Positions 9,161 to 17,160 of a DNA stretch of 64,000 bases are shown piece by piece (the first letter of the stretch is position 1; the number at the start of each line of letters is the position of its first letter). Source of the DNA: an uncultured Syntrophaceae bacterium (GTDB lineage: Bacteria > Desulfobacterota > Syntrophia > Syntrophales > UBA2192). The stretch spans positions 2,643 to 66,642 of the forward strand of contig CAZUBX010000005.1 of assembly GCA_964619035.1 (NCBI GenBank). Reading direction: 5' to 3'. The position numbers were made by a program, and so were the translations under genes. Below the pieces are notes generated by a model that saw only the letters and a program-made list of their open reading frames with translations, ran no database searches and was not told the DNA's origin.

Positions 9161-9964
9161 ATGGCAATACTGACCATATCCAGGGAATTCCGCAGCGGCG
9201 GACAGGAAATCGGGACCGCCGTCGCCGAGCGCCTGAGATACGAGTACGTGGGCAAGGAGCGGATCCTTTCCGACCTCAAGGGTCAGGGCGAGCGCTGGAG
9301 CGAGCTTCTGAACCAGGTGGACGAGGACAGGCCGACGATCTGGGACAAGTTCGATTGGGAGTACCAGGGGCTGATGGCGCTCATGGATTCCTACATCTAC
9401 GATCGTGCCATGGACGGCCGCGTCGTCCTCGTCGGCCGTGGTGCGAATTTCCTTCTCCAGGGTATTCCCCATGCCCTGCATGTGCGGCTCACGGCGACCA
9501 TCGAGCAAAGGGTCGATCGCGTCATGCGCAAGGACAATGTGAACCGGAAAAATGCCGTGCTGCTCATCGAGAAAATGGACAACGACAGGGCGGCCTTCAT
9601 CCGGGCAAATTTCCATCGGGACTGGTACGACCTCACCGCATACGACATGATTTTCAACACGACCGTACAGTCATTCGAGGAGATCACGGACATCGTTTGC
9701 AATGCGCTTCAGGAAAAAAACGCAAAACGTACCCTGGAGGCATGGGAGCTGCTGCGCGGGCGAATGCTCGCAGCCCGAATCAAGGCCCACATCGCAACCA
9801 GCCCCAGCATCAAGGCCCCGACGCTCAAGGTATTCTTCGAAGGCAACACCATCATCCTCCAGGGGGTCGTGCGCCGGATGGCAGACCTGCAGGCGATCGG
9901 CGAGATCGTGACGGTCTCGGCCCAGGGAACACCGGTACGCAACGAACTGCGCTACGGGAGATAA
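9161..9964 (+). CDS. cytidylate kinase-like family protein with a possible BON-like C-terminus
   Basis: ILTISREFRSGGQEIG P-loop-like start typical of the family. It is the only plausible part of the 656-aa ORF 7994..9964. Confidence 0.65.
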   Translation: MAILTISREFRSGGQEIGTAVAERLRYEYVGKERILSDLKGQGERWSELLNQVDEDRPTIWDKFDWEYQGLMALMDSYIYDRAMDGRVVLVGRGANFLLQGIPHALHVRLTATIEQRVDRVMRKDNVNRKNAVLLIEKMDNDRAAFIRANFHRDWYDLTAYDMIFNTTVQSFEEITDIVCNALQEKNAKRTLEAWELLRGRMLAARIKAHIATSPSIKAPTLKVFFEGNTIILQGVVRRMADLQAIGEIVTVSAQGTPVRNELRYGR

Positions 9965-9993
9965 GGCTCGAGGTTCGAGGAAATACATAGGAC

Positions 9994-10027
9994 AAAAAAA
10001 GGCGCCGCAATTGCGGCGCCTTTTTTG
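9994..10027. terminator. bidirectional intrinsic terminator between convergent genes
   Basis: aaaaaaa-ggcgccgcaattgcggcgcc-tttttt, a GC stem flanked by an A-run and a T-run. Confidence 0.85.
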
Positions 10028-10042
10028 TTCGGATTGCCCGTG

Positions 10043-11452
10043 TTACTTCATGGGCGCTAAATACGGAATGGTCAGTGCGAAGTACCAGCACAGGAAGAAG
10101 ACGAGCGGGATGTGGATGAGCATCTGCAGGACGGAGTAACCGACGAGATCCCTCGCCTTCATGTGCAGGATCCCCAGCAGCGGCAGCATCCAGAAGGGGT
10201 TGAGCAGGTTCGGGAGCGCCTCGGCGGCATTGTAGATCTGTACGACCCAGCCCAGGTTCACGCCGTGCTGCACGGCTGCCGACAGAACGTAGGGCGCCTC
10301 GATGACCCACTTGCTGCCGCCGGAAGGGATGAAGATCCCGAGAACGGCCGAGTAGAGGGCCACCAGCAGCGAGTAAGTCTCTTTCGTCGAAATGGCGACA
10401 AAGAGATCCGTCAGCCACTTGTTGATCCCCGTGCCGGCGATCATGCCGAAGATCACGGCGTAGAAGGGGAACTGGATCAGCACGCCACCGGTGGCGGGCA
10501 CTGCCTGGGCCACGGCCTTGAGGAAGCGCTTGGGCCGCCAGTGCAGCAGCATGCCCACGGTGATGAAGATCAGGTTGTAGTTGTTGAGATCCAGCGCCGC
10601 GATGGGCCCGCGGGGCTCCTTCTGGAAGAAATCAAAGAGATACCATACCAGGAGACCTCCCACGAGGACGATCAGGGCCGGGCTGTACTCGAGCCACTCG
10701 CCGGGCTTCTGCCGGGGCTCCAGGCTCGTGTCGATGGGGTCGAACTTCAGGCCGTAGTCCTCGACCGTCTTGGCCCGTTCGGGCTTGGGCGCGGAGAAGT
10801 ACGCAATGAGGACGGAAACGACGATGAGGGAAACCGCCGTCCAGAATGTCGGCCAGATGAAGAGGGTCTGCGTCAAGGGGATGAGGCCGCTGATCTCGTA
10901 GAGCTTGGGAGGGATGGAGCCCTTGGTGGCCATCATGAGGGCCGCCGAGGAGGATAGCCCCAGCGCCCAGACGGCGCCCAGCCCCAGGTAAGCGGCGGCA
11001 CCGGCGGCACGGAAGTCCATGCCCTTGATCGTGCGCGACATCTCGCGGACGAGCAGCCCGCTGAAGATGAGGCTCAGGCCCCATGAAATAAGCGACGTGA
11101 TCATCGAGAAAAACGCGATCCAGGCGATCGCCGCCCGGGGGTTCGTCGTGATACCGGCCACCTTCCTGATGACCCAGTAAACGGCCGGCGTGGTCGCCAC
11201 GACGTAGCCGCCGATGATGATCAGGGCCATCTGCATCGTGAAGGGAATCAGGATCCAGAAAGACTTTCCTCCCTCCCAGACCAGTTTCTGGGGACTCTCC
11301 CCGATGAGAAGACCGAACACAAAGACGAAGACGATGCCGACGAGAGCGAAGACCCACGCATCGGGAAACCACTTCTCACTCCAGGCTGCCAGCCAGAGAC
11401 CGAAACGCTCGAGGGCGGTTTCGTTCTGCTCAGTATTTTTGTTCTCTGCCAT
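10043..11452 (-). CDS. atoE: short-chain fatty acid transporter
   Basis: Matches E. coli AtoE as I recall it (FTMQMALIIIGGY, LIQFPFYA, IPSGGSKWV). ATG at 11452 is preceded by aaaggagggagaa. Confidence 0.85.
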   Translation of the reverse strand: MAENKNTEQNETALERFGLWLAAWSEKWFPDAWVFALVGIVFVFVFGLLIGESPQKLVWEGGKSFWILIPFTMQMALIIIGGYVVATTPAVYWVIRKVAGITTNPRAAIAWIAFFSMITSLISWGLSLIFSGLLVREMSRTIKGMDFRAAGAAAYLGLGAVWALGLSSSAALMMATKGSIPPKLYEISGLIPLTQTLFIWPTFWTAVSLIVVSVLIAYFSAPKPERAKTVEDYGLKFDPIDTSLEPRQKPGEWLEYSPALIVLVGGLLVWYLFDFFQKEPRGPIAALDLNNYNLIFITVGMLLHWRPKRFLKAVAQAVPATGGVLIQFPFYAVIFGMIAGTGINKWLTDLFVAISTKETYSLLVALYSAVLGIFIPSGGSKWVIEAPYVLSAAVQHGVNLGWVVQIYNAAEALPNLLNPFWMLPLLGILHMKARDLVGYSVLQMLIHIPLVFFLCWYFALTIPYLAPMK

Positions 11453-11735
11453 GCCGATTTCTCCCTCCTTTCGTAGATTCCATAGAGCATTCAGATAAAT
11501 TGCATGTTTACATGAATGGCCGCAACGCCGATCAACGCGACCCCTCGGCGCACGGCACTGCCTATTCTGATTGCATGTTGAATCTTCCGGGAGACCCAGG
11601 ACTGTCCGCGGGATATCAGGATATAAGGACAAAGAGTAAAAGTTCTTCGCCCGGCAGGAAACACAATAATAAAAGCGGATCCGATCCGGCCCCCCCTGAG
11701 GCATCACCCCCTTTCCGAAAAGGATTGCATTACAG

Positions 11736-11773
11736 AAAAAACCCCGCTCACATGTCCGTAAACGGGGTTTTTT
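11736..11773. terminator. terminator-like hairpin with A/T flanks
   Basis: aaaaaaccccg-16 nt loop-cggggtttttt. It lies in a gene-free region, so its partner transcript is unknown. Confidence 0.35.
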
Positions 11774-12160
11774 CTTTTGTCCGTCTCATGGCTGCAACAC
11801 CACGTCTGATTGTTATTTTGATCTCTTCCTCATTCCAGCATGGCTATAACAGATCGATCCTTTTTATACAATAGGATTGGGATAATTATTTTCCATCCCA
11901 TCAGACCGGTTACGAAGCACAAAGAATGCAAGGCGGCCTGGGATCGTAACAGGATCGTAAAATGACTTCAAAAGGGGTTCGGATCGAAATAAATCAGAGG
12001 GCCTTTGTCGCCCAGGAGGGCAAGATGTCCTTCGACGGTTTTGAGGACGAGGAAGAGAGGTAGACCAACGCAAGGACGAGGATTGCCGGGTTTGTGAGGC
12101 AGCGCTTGATCCGTTTGTCCATGTATCGTTGCAGCATTGACATGATCGAACTTCCTGTTT

Positions 12161-12287
12161 GAAAAAGGTATCGGTGGATGGAAAGGAGGGACCAAAACCA
12201 TCCACCGATCAACCTCTTTCAAATGAGCGCCGGGAAATATTGGGGTCTGTCAGGGTCTTGGGTATTTCCCGGGACGTCTCAGTTGTT
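12161..12287 (-). ncRNA. candidate sigma54-dependent small RNA or leader, copy B
   Basis: Lies downstream of the sigma54 promoter at 12298-12313. Hairpin at 12170-12209 (stem cggtggatgg/ccatccaccg, transcribed loop UUUUGGUCCCUCCUUU), followed by uaccuuuuuc. Confidence 0.35.
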
Positions 12288-12297
12288 AGATATGATT

Positions 12298-12313
12298 AGC
12301 AATAACGATGCCG
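12298..12313 (-). promoter_or_regulatory. sigma54 (-24/-12) promoter
   Basis: Minus strand reads CGGCATCGTTATTGCT, with GG and GC elements at consensus spacing. Identical to the 874-889 site except for the first base. Confidence 0.5.
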
Positions 12314-12731
12314 GGTGATGCTTCATTTCGATAAAAATGTGAGCGGTGACAAATTCGCAAATAACTAAATAATTTCAGTATATTAAAACAGTGCTGCCCG
12401 GCAGTGGCAAAGAATCTCCTTGCCCCGGCCGGACGCGGAACCGCACAAAACGTGCGATTACTGAACGAATTACGTATATTTATTGCAAACACGCTGTTGG
12501 AAGCCGCTCACTAGGCGTGCGACTAATGAACTGCTAGTGCTATTAACGAACACTCTGTCCTGTCGGGCGACATTCGCCTGCTCCGGTGGCTGACCGGTGC
12601 AGGCCGGGGCGCTGACCGAGAGCAAGGATCCTCTGCGGGGCAGAAGCGCCCCTGGGCGTGCGGCATTGAGCCGCGGCATCGGATGCAGCGGCAGAAAACC
12701 CCAGCCTTTGCCCGAAAATACGTTTTTAACC

Positions 12732-12760
12732 TTGACAGAACGACGGCATTTATGTATATC
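12732..12760 (+). promoter_or_regulatory. sigma70-like promoter upstream of the acyl-CoA dehydrogenase
   Basis: TTGACA-17 nt-TATATC, about 200 nt upstream of the start codon. Confidence 0.35.
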
Positions 12761-12964
12761 TCACGCGTTTTATTAAAGGCGCTTGGGACCTGAAAATCAG
12801 CCCGCGAGCACCCTTCCCCGCCGTTCTTTTGCCACGCCTGAGACAGAGAGATAGAGAGGTTCACCCCGGGCGAGTTGATTCATGAGACTCACGCTATGCG
12901 CTTGCACAGGAAAGTCCGTCATTCGCGCTTTGGGGCCAAATTTTAGAAAGGGAGGTAGTTGGTT

Positions 12965-14155
12965 ATGGCGTTAAGTTTCAATTTCACCGATGAACAGAAG
13001 ATGCTCGAGGACAGCGTTTACAAGTGGGCGCTTGCGTGGCTCGAGCCCCAGATGGAGCATGCGTACGAACTGGACGTGATGCCCGAGGGTCTCTTCAAGC
13101 AGACAGGCGACCTGGGTATCAACGGTATCGTGTTCGAGGAGAAGTACGGCGGAGCCGCCATGGGCTACATTGAAACCCTGCTGGCCTATGAGACGATCGC
13201 CCGCGTGAGCAACGCGCTCTCCATGACCGTCGGCGCCAGCCAGACGCTGTGCTTCGACAACTTCCGCCGCAATGCGACGGAAGCGCAGAAACTGGAAATC
13301 CTTCCCAAGTCCTGCACCGGCGAGTTCATTGGCTGCCTGGGCATCACCGAGCCCAACGCCGGCTCCGACGCCATGAGCATGGCGACGAAGGCCGTGAAGA
13401 AGGGCGACAAGTGGATCATCAACGGCAGCAAGATCTTCATCACCAACGGTCCGCTCGCCGACTTCATGGTGTTCTACGCCAAGACGGACCCCGAGAAGGG
13501 CCCCCACGGCATCTCCACCTTCATGTGCTACCCCAAGAAACAGAAGGGCTGGTCCTGCGAGAAGATCAAGAAGTGGGGCATGAGAACCTCTCCCACGGGT
13601 CTCGTGACCTTTGAAGACATGGAGGTTCCCGAAGAGTACCTCATCGGCGGCCTGAACAAGGGCGTCGCCGTTCTGACCTCCGGCCTCTGCACCGAGCGCA
13701 TCACGTTGTCCGGCTGCACCCTCGGATCAATGAGAAGCTGCCTCGAGCTCTCCCTGAAGTACTCCCAGGAGAGAGTCCAGTTCGGCAAGCCCATCGCCTC
13801 CTTCCAGTCGATCCAGGAGAAGCTGGCGAATATGTACTGCGGCTACAAGGCCTCCCGCTGGATGGCTTACAGCGCCGCCGCCTATTGCGACACGCTGAAG
13901 AACAAGTCCGGCGGCAAGGGAACGGACCTCGACCGTATGGCCGCGGCCTCCCTGCTGTACTGCGGCGAGATGGGCACCAAGATCGGTCTGGATGCCGTCC
14001 AGATCCACGGCGGCTACGGCTACTGCACCGAGTACGGTGTGACCCGTCACTTCCTGGATCAGAAGCTGTGGGAAATCGGCGCCGGCACTTCCGAAATCCG
14101 CCGGATGATCATCGCCCGCGAGCTCATGAGGGACAACTTCAAGAGCGGTCTGTAA
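12965..14155 (+). CDS. acyl-CoA dehydrogenase
   Basis: GCLGITEPNAGSD, WIINGSKIFITNG and C-terminal IHGGYGY...EIGAGTSEI motifs. RBS agggagg lies 9 nt upstream of ATG 12965. Confidence 0.9.
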   Translation: MALSFNFTDEQKMLEDSVYKWALAWLEPQMEHAYELDVMPEGLFKQTGDLGINGIVFEEKYGGAAMGYIETLLAYETIARVSNALSMTVGASQTLCFDNFRRNATEAQKLEILPKSCTGEFIGCLGITEPNAGSDAMSMATKAVKKGDKWIINGSKIFITNGPLADFMVFYAKTDPEKGPHGISTFMCYPKKQKGWSCEKIKKWGMRTSPTGLVTFEDMEVPEEYLIGGLNKGVAVLTSGLCTERITLSGCTLGSMRSCLELSLKYSQERVQFGKPIASFQSIQEKLANMYCGYKASRWMAYSAAAYCDTLKNKSGGKGTDLDRMAAASLLYCGEMGTKIGLDAVQIHGGYGYCTEYGVTRHFLDQKLWEIGAGTSEIRRMIIARELMRDNFKSGL

Positions 14156-14182
14156 TCCTTCAGCGCCTAGCGCAATCCACAG

Positions 14183-14218
14183 GAGCCGTGGCTCGTAAAG
14201 AGCCACGGCTCTTTTTTT
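14183..14218 (+). terminator. intrinsic terminator
   Basis: gagccgtggctc-gtaaa-gagccacggctc followed by ttttttt. Confidence 0.85.
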
Positions 14219-14229
14219 CCTTCCCCGGT

Positions 14230-14258
14230 TTGACAATCATGCCTCCCTCAAGTAGTAT
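14230..14258 (+). promoter_or_regulatory. sigma70-like promoter
   Basis: TTGACA-17 nt-TAGTAT, about 40 nt before ATG 14297. Confidence 0.35.
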
Positions 14259-14296
14259 ACGGCACGCTTGAGCACGCTCAGGGAGGAACCCGTACC

Positions 14297-15940
14297 ATGC
14301 AGTCACGGACGTTGAGTGTCGTTTTTATCGCCTTCTTCCTTGTCGGACTCGCCTCTCTTTGCCTGATTGCAGCGGCACAGGCCCAGGAGGATACGGCTCA
14401 CCTCGTCTTGCGAAAAAAGGTTACGGCGAAAGACAGGCCCTCCGTCTACATCGTGCAGAAAGGGGACAACCTCTCGACGATCATCCGCCGCAAGCTGGGA
14501 AAGCCGGCCTCCGAGTCCTCCTCGGTCTCCCGCCTCGTGAGGAAGCTCAACCCGCAGATCCGTGATGTCAACCGGATCTACCCGGGCCAGAAGATCGCCC
14601 TGCCCCGGCTTGCCGCCGAGCCCGGGAAAACCGGCTATGTCGTCAGGAAGGGCGACTCTCTTTCGGCCATCCTCCACGAAAGGCTGGGAGTCCCCGCGGC
14701 AGAAATGGCCAGGTGGATCGGGCTCACGAAGAAGCTAAACCCGGGCCTCGTCAACGCAAACCAGATTTATCCGGGCCAGGCGCTGATCCTGCCGGACAGG
14801 GGCCAACCGGCTTCCGGGCCCGTCGAGCAGGCCGCCGGCCCGGCGCAGACCGATGCGCCGCAGATGGACGCACGTATGTTCCGGCCCACCGAGCGTGATC
14901 TCGACATTATCGCGGCTCTCGTCAGGCAGTCCGGTGGGGCGCTCGTCCGCGAAGGGAAGGTCTTCATCCCGCTCACCGAAGAGGAGCACCTGGCCGTCGA
15001 CTGTGCCGACATCCCCATGGTCGAGCTCAAGGACGGCAGCCGGATTTTCCTGGACTTCGGACGCCGGATTCCCGCCGATACGGCAAGCCTGCTGCGGTCG
15101 CGCTGGGGGAACTATACAGTACTAGCCGATGGAGGAAACGACGGCGTCTTTTCCGCGCTTGCGGGCATCTTCGGGGCCTCGCGGGACTACACCTTCCGCA
15201 GACACGAAGGGGTTCTGGACATCGGGGGGGCACCGGCGCTGAAACTGCGTGTGGACTGGATCCTTTCCCGCAAGGGACCCGACGGGCAGGAAAACACCCT
15301 CTACGGCATCTGCAGAACATCCGGCCGATCCGCGCCGATCCCGGAGCCCGTCACCCGGTTTGCCGAGAAAAAAGGATATGCCGTCTTCGAGATCGACGAG
15401 GAAACCGGCAACCTTCGCGTCAGGCAGACGTCACAGGCCGCCCCCGACATTCCCGCCCTTGATGCCGGCGGCAACCGGGCCTTTGTCGGTTCGCTGCTGG
15501 ATACACTGGGGTACACGTACACGAAAGACCAGCGGATCCCTGTTTCTGATGCCGCGCAAGACGGCTCCCCGCTTGCGATCCGAACGGACTATTCCGTGAG
15601 AATCGGTGCCCGGACAGTTGTCATCCACTTCGGGGACCTGCCGGCGCCTTTCCAGGCCAAGCTGAAGGAAAGAGGCATGGGCCTTGTGCAGATCGCCGGC
15701 GACGACGAACGAAGGGCGGTTCTGGAGAAGGTCCTCAAAGGGCTCGACATCCCCTACGTGCCGGAGACCGCCGAATTCAGGCCGCCCGAAGACGGCAGCC
15801 CGTCCCGATGGATCCTGACGCTTGGCGTGATCCGGGTCACATCGGAAAAGGGCACGCTCTATCTCGTCCCCTCCGATGCGGACCGGGATCTCTGCGCATT
15901 CATCCGCGAGCGCTGGAACCGCCAGCTCGTCCGCTACTGA
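14297..15940 (+). CDS. secreted LysM-domain protein with a large uncharacterised C-terminal region
   Basis: Signal peptide, then two LysM-like units (YIVQKGDNLSTII..., YVVRKGDSLSAIL...). About 350 further residues have no motif I recognise. Confidence 0.7.
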   Translation: MQSRTLSVVFIAFFLVGLASLCLIAAAQAQEDTAHLVLRKKVTAKDRPSVYIVQKGDNLSTIIRRKLGKPASESSSVSRLVRKLNPQIRDVNRIYPGQKIALPRLAAEPGKTGYVVRKGDSLSAILHERLGVPAAEMARWIGLTKKLNPGLVNANQIYPGQALILPDRGQPASGPVEQAAGPAQTDAPQMDARMFRPTERDLDIIAALVRQSGGALVREGKVFIPLTEEEHLAVDCADIPMVELKDGSRIFLDFGRRIPADTASLLRSRWGNYTVLADGGNDGVFSALAGIFGASRDYTFRRHEGVLDIGGAPALKLRVDWILSRKGPDGQENTLYGICRTSGRSAPIPEPVTRFAEKKGYAVFEIDEETGNLRVRQTSQAAPDIPALDAGGNRAFVGSLLDTLGYTYTKDQRIPVSDAAQDGSPLAIRTDYSVRIGARTVVIHFGDLPAPFQAKLKERGMGLVQIAGDDERRAVLEKVLKGLDIPYVPETAEFRPPEDGSPSRWILTLGVIRVTSEKGTLYLVPSDADRDLCAFIRERWNRQLVRY

Positions 15941-15950
15941 GACATTCCCA

Positions 15951-15985
15951 CAAGAAGGTAAGAACGTGAGAAGGTGAGAAGGTTG
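15951..15985 (+). repeat. short-period array (GTGAGAAG type)
   Basis: caagaaggtaagaacgtgagaaggtgagaaggttgg, 10 nt after the LysM gene stop. Related to the array at 47415-47440. Confidence 0.6.
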
Positions 15986-16054
15986 GATAGCCGAAAGGAA
16001 CTATCCATGAATCGTAAGTAATCCAACAAAAATAATGAGAGGATCAGATTTTTC

Positions 16055-17056
16055 TTGTCTATCACAGAAACAAAAAAAACCGTTAGAGCCCTATCCCTTT
16101 TTTCGGGCGGCCTCGACAGCATCGTCTCGGTCAAACTGATCCGCGAACTGGGAATCGAGGTGCTGGGGCTCAGCTTCCGCACCCCCTTCTTCGAGGCTGA
16201 AAAACCGAGAGCGGCTGCCCGCATGATCGAGTTGCCGCTCGAGGTCCTCGACATCACCGAGGTGCACCTCGCCGTCGTCAGGGCCCCGCGCTATGGCTAC
16301 GGGAAGAACATGAATCCCTGCATCGACTGTCACACCCTCATGCTCAAGATCGCGGGGGAAATCATGCAGGAGAGGGGATACGATTTCATCTTCACCGGCG
16401 AAGTCCTGGGGCAGCGGCCCATGTCGCAAAGCCGCCAGATGCTGCGCGTCGTGGCGAAGAACTCGGGCTGGGCCGACTATATCCTCCGGCCGCTCTCCGC
16501 GAGGCTCCTGCCCGAAACCCTTCCGGAGCAGGAAGGCAAGGTGGACCGGGAGAAACTCCTCGACATCTCGGGCCGGGGCCGGAAGCGGCAGATGGAGATG
16601 GCCGAGCGCTACGGGATCACGGAATATTCCAACCCCGCAGGGGGATGCCTGCTGACAGACCCCATGTTCTCGAGGCGCCTCAAGGACCTCTTCGCCCACC
16701 ACCCCGATTTCACACCGCGGGACCTGGAGCTCCTGAAGGTGGGGCGGCACATCCGGCTCGATGAGCGGCACAAGGTCATCGTCGGGAGAAACAAGCGGGA
16801 CAACCAGACGCTGGAAACCCTGATCGAGGATCGTGACGCCGTTTTCCAGATGAGAGATTTCCCGGGTCCACTCTGCGCGCTCCCCGCAGACGGTCCGGAG
16901 GAGATGCGCCGGGAGGCGGCCGCCATCTGTGCCGCTTATGGAGACACCCCGAAGGACGCGGAGCAAGTGACCGTGAAGTGCCGGCAGGGAAGCGAGACGA
17001 GTCTTATCGTCGTCAAACCGGTGAATCGGGAGGAGCTGCAGGAGAGGATGATTTAA
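16055..17056 (+). CDS. PP-loop (adenine nucleotide alpha-hydrolase) ATPase, ThiI/MnmA-like tRNA thiolation family
   Basis: SLFSGGLDS PP-loop and a PCIDCH cysteine motif. The start (TTG 16055) is uncertain. Confidence 0.7.
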   Translation: MSITETKKTVRALSLFSGGLDSIVSVKLIRELGIEVLGLSFRTPFFEAEKPRAAARMIELPLEVLDITEVHLAVVRAPRYGYGKNMNPCIDCHTLMLKIAGEIMQERGYDFIFTGEVLGQRPMSQSRQMLRVVAKNSGWADYILRPLSARLLPETLPEQEGKVDREKLLDISGRGRKRQMEMAERYGITEYSNPAGGCLLTDPMFSRRLKDLFAHHPDFTPRDLELLKVGRHIRLDERHKVIVGRNKRDNQTLETLIEDRDAVFQMRDFPGPLCALPADGPEEMRREAAAICAAYGDTPKDAEQVTVKCRQGSETSLIVVKPVNREELQERMI

Positions 17057-17060
17057 AGAA

Positions 17061-17078
17061 GTGACCAGTGACCAGTGA
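17061..17078. repeat. heptamer array, CACTGGT flavour in reverse orientation
   Basis: gtgacca gtgacca gtga, 5 nt after the stop codon. Confidence 0.7.
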
Positions 17079-17122
17079 AAAAAGAAAAGGATCGAGATAA
17101 AAAATCTCGATCCTTTTCTTTT
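17077..17122. terminator. bidirectional terminator, conserved AGGATCGAG hairpin module
   Basis: Perfect 16-bp stem agaaaaggatcgagat/atctcgatccttttct (17083-17119), 5-nt loop, A-run before and T-run after, between convergent genes. Confidence 0.85.
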
Positions 17123-17123
17123 A

Positions 17124-17158
17124 TCCTTTGACCTTTACCCTTTAACCTTGAACCTCGT
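17124..17158. repeat. heptamer array (CCTTTNN)
   Basis: cctttga cctttac cctttaa ccttgaa cctcgtc, ending 2 nt before the DUF4301 gene stop. Confidence 0.7.
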
Positions 17159-17160
17159 CT

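Noticed and set aside
7994-9964. 656-aa ORF spanning the TerC region and the cytidylate-kinase-like gene
   Set aside because: The first ~390 codons are Arg/Pro/Gly/His-rich and overlap the well-supported TerC gene in another frame. Only the part from ATG 9161 has a protein-like sequence and a recognisable family signature.
10043-11707. N-terminal extensions of ORFs (AtoE to 11707, TerC to 8085, DctP to 41248, YgjP to 42131, metallophosphoesterase to 20143, nitroreductase to 26928)
   Set aside because: The extensions lack an RBS and have non-protein-like composition or run through repeats. Internal ATG or GTG starts with Shine-Dalgarno sequences give proteins of family-typical length.
12025-12063. 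12-codon ORF (MSFDGFEDEEER) with a good AGGAGG spacing on the plus strand
   Set aside because: It is too short to support without conservation or ribosome-profiling data, and it lies opposite the direction of the only promoters found nearby.
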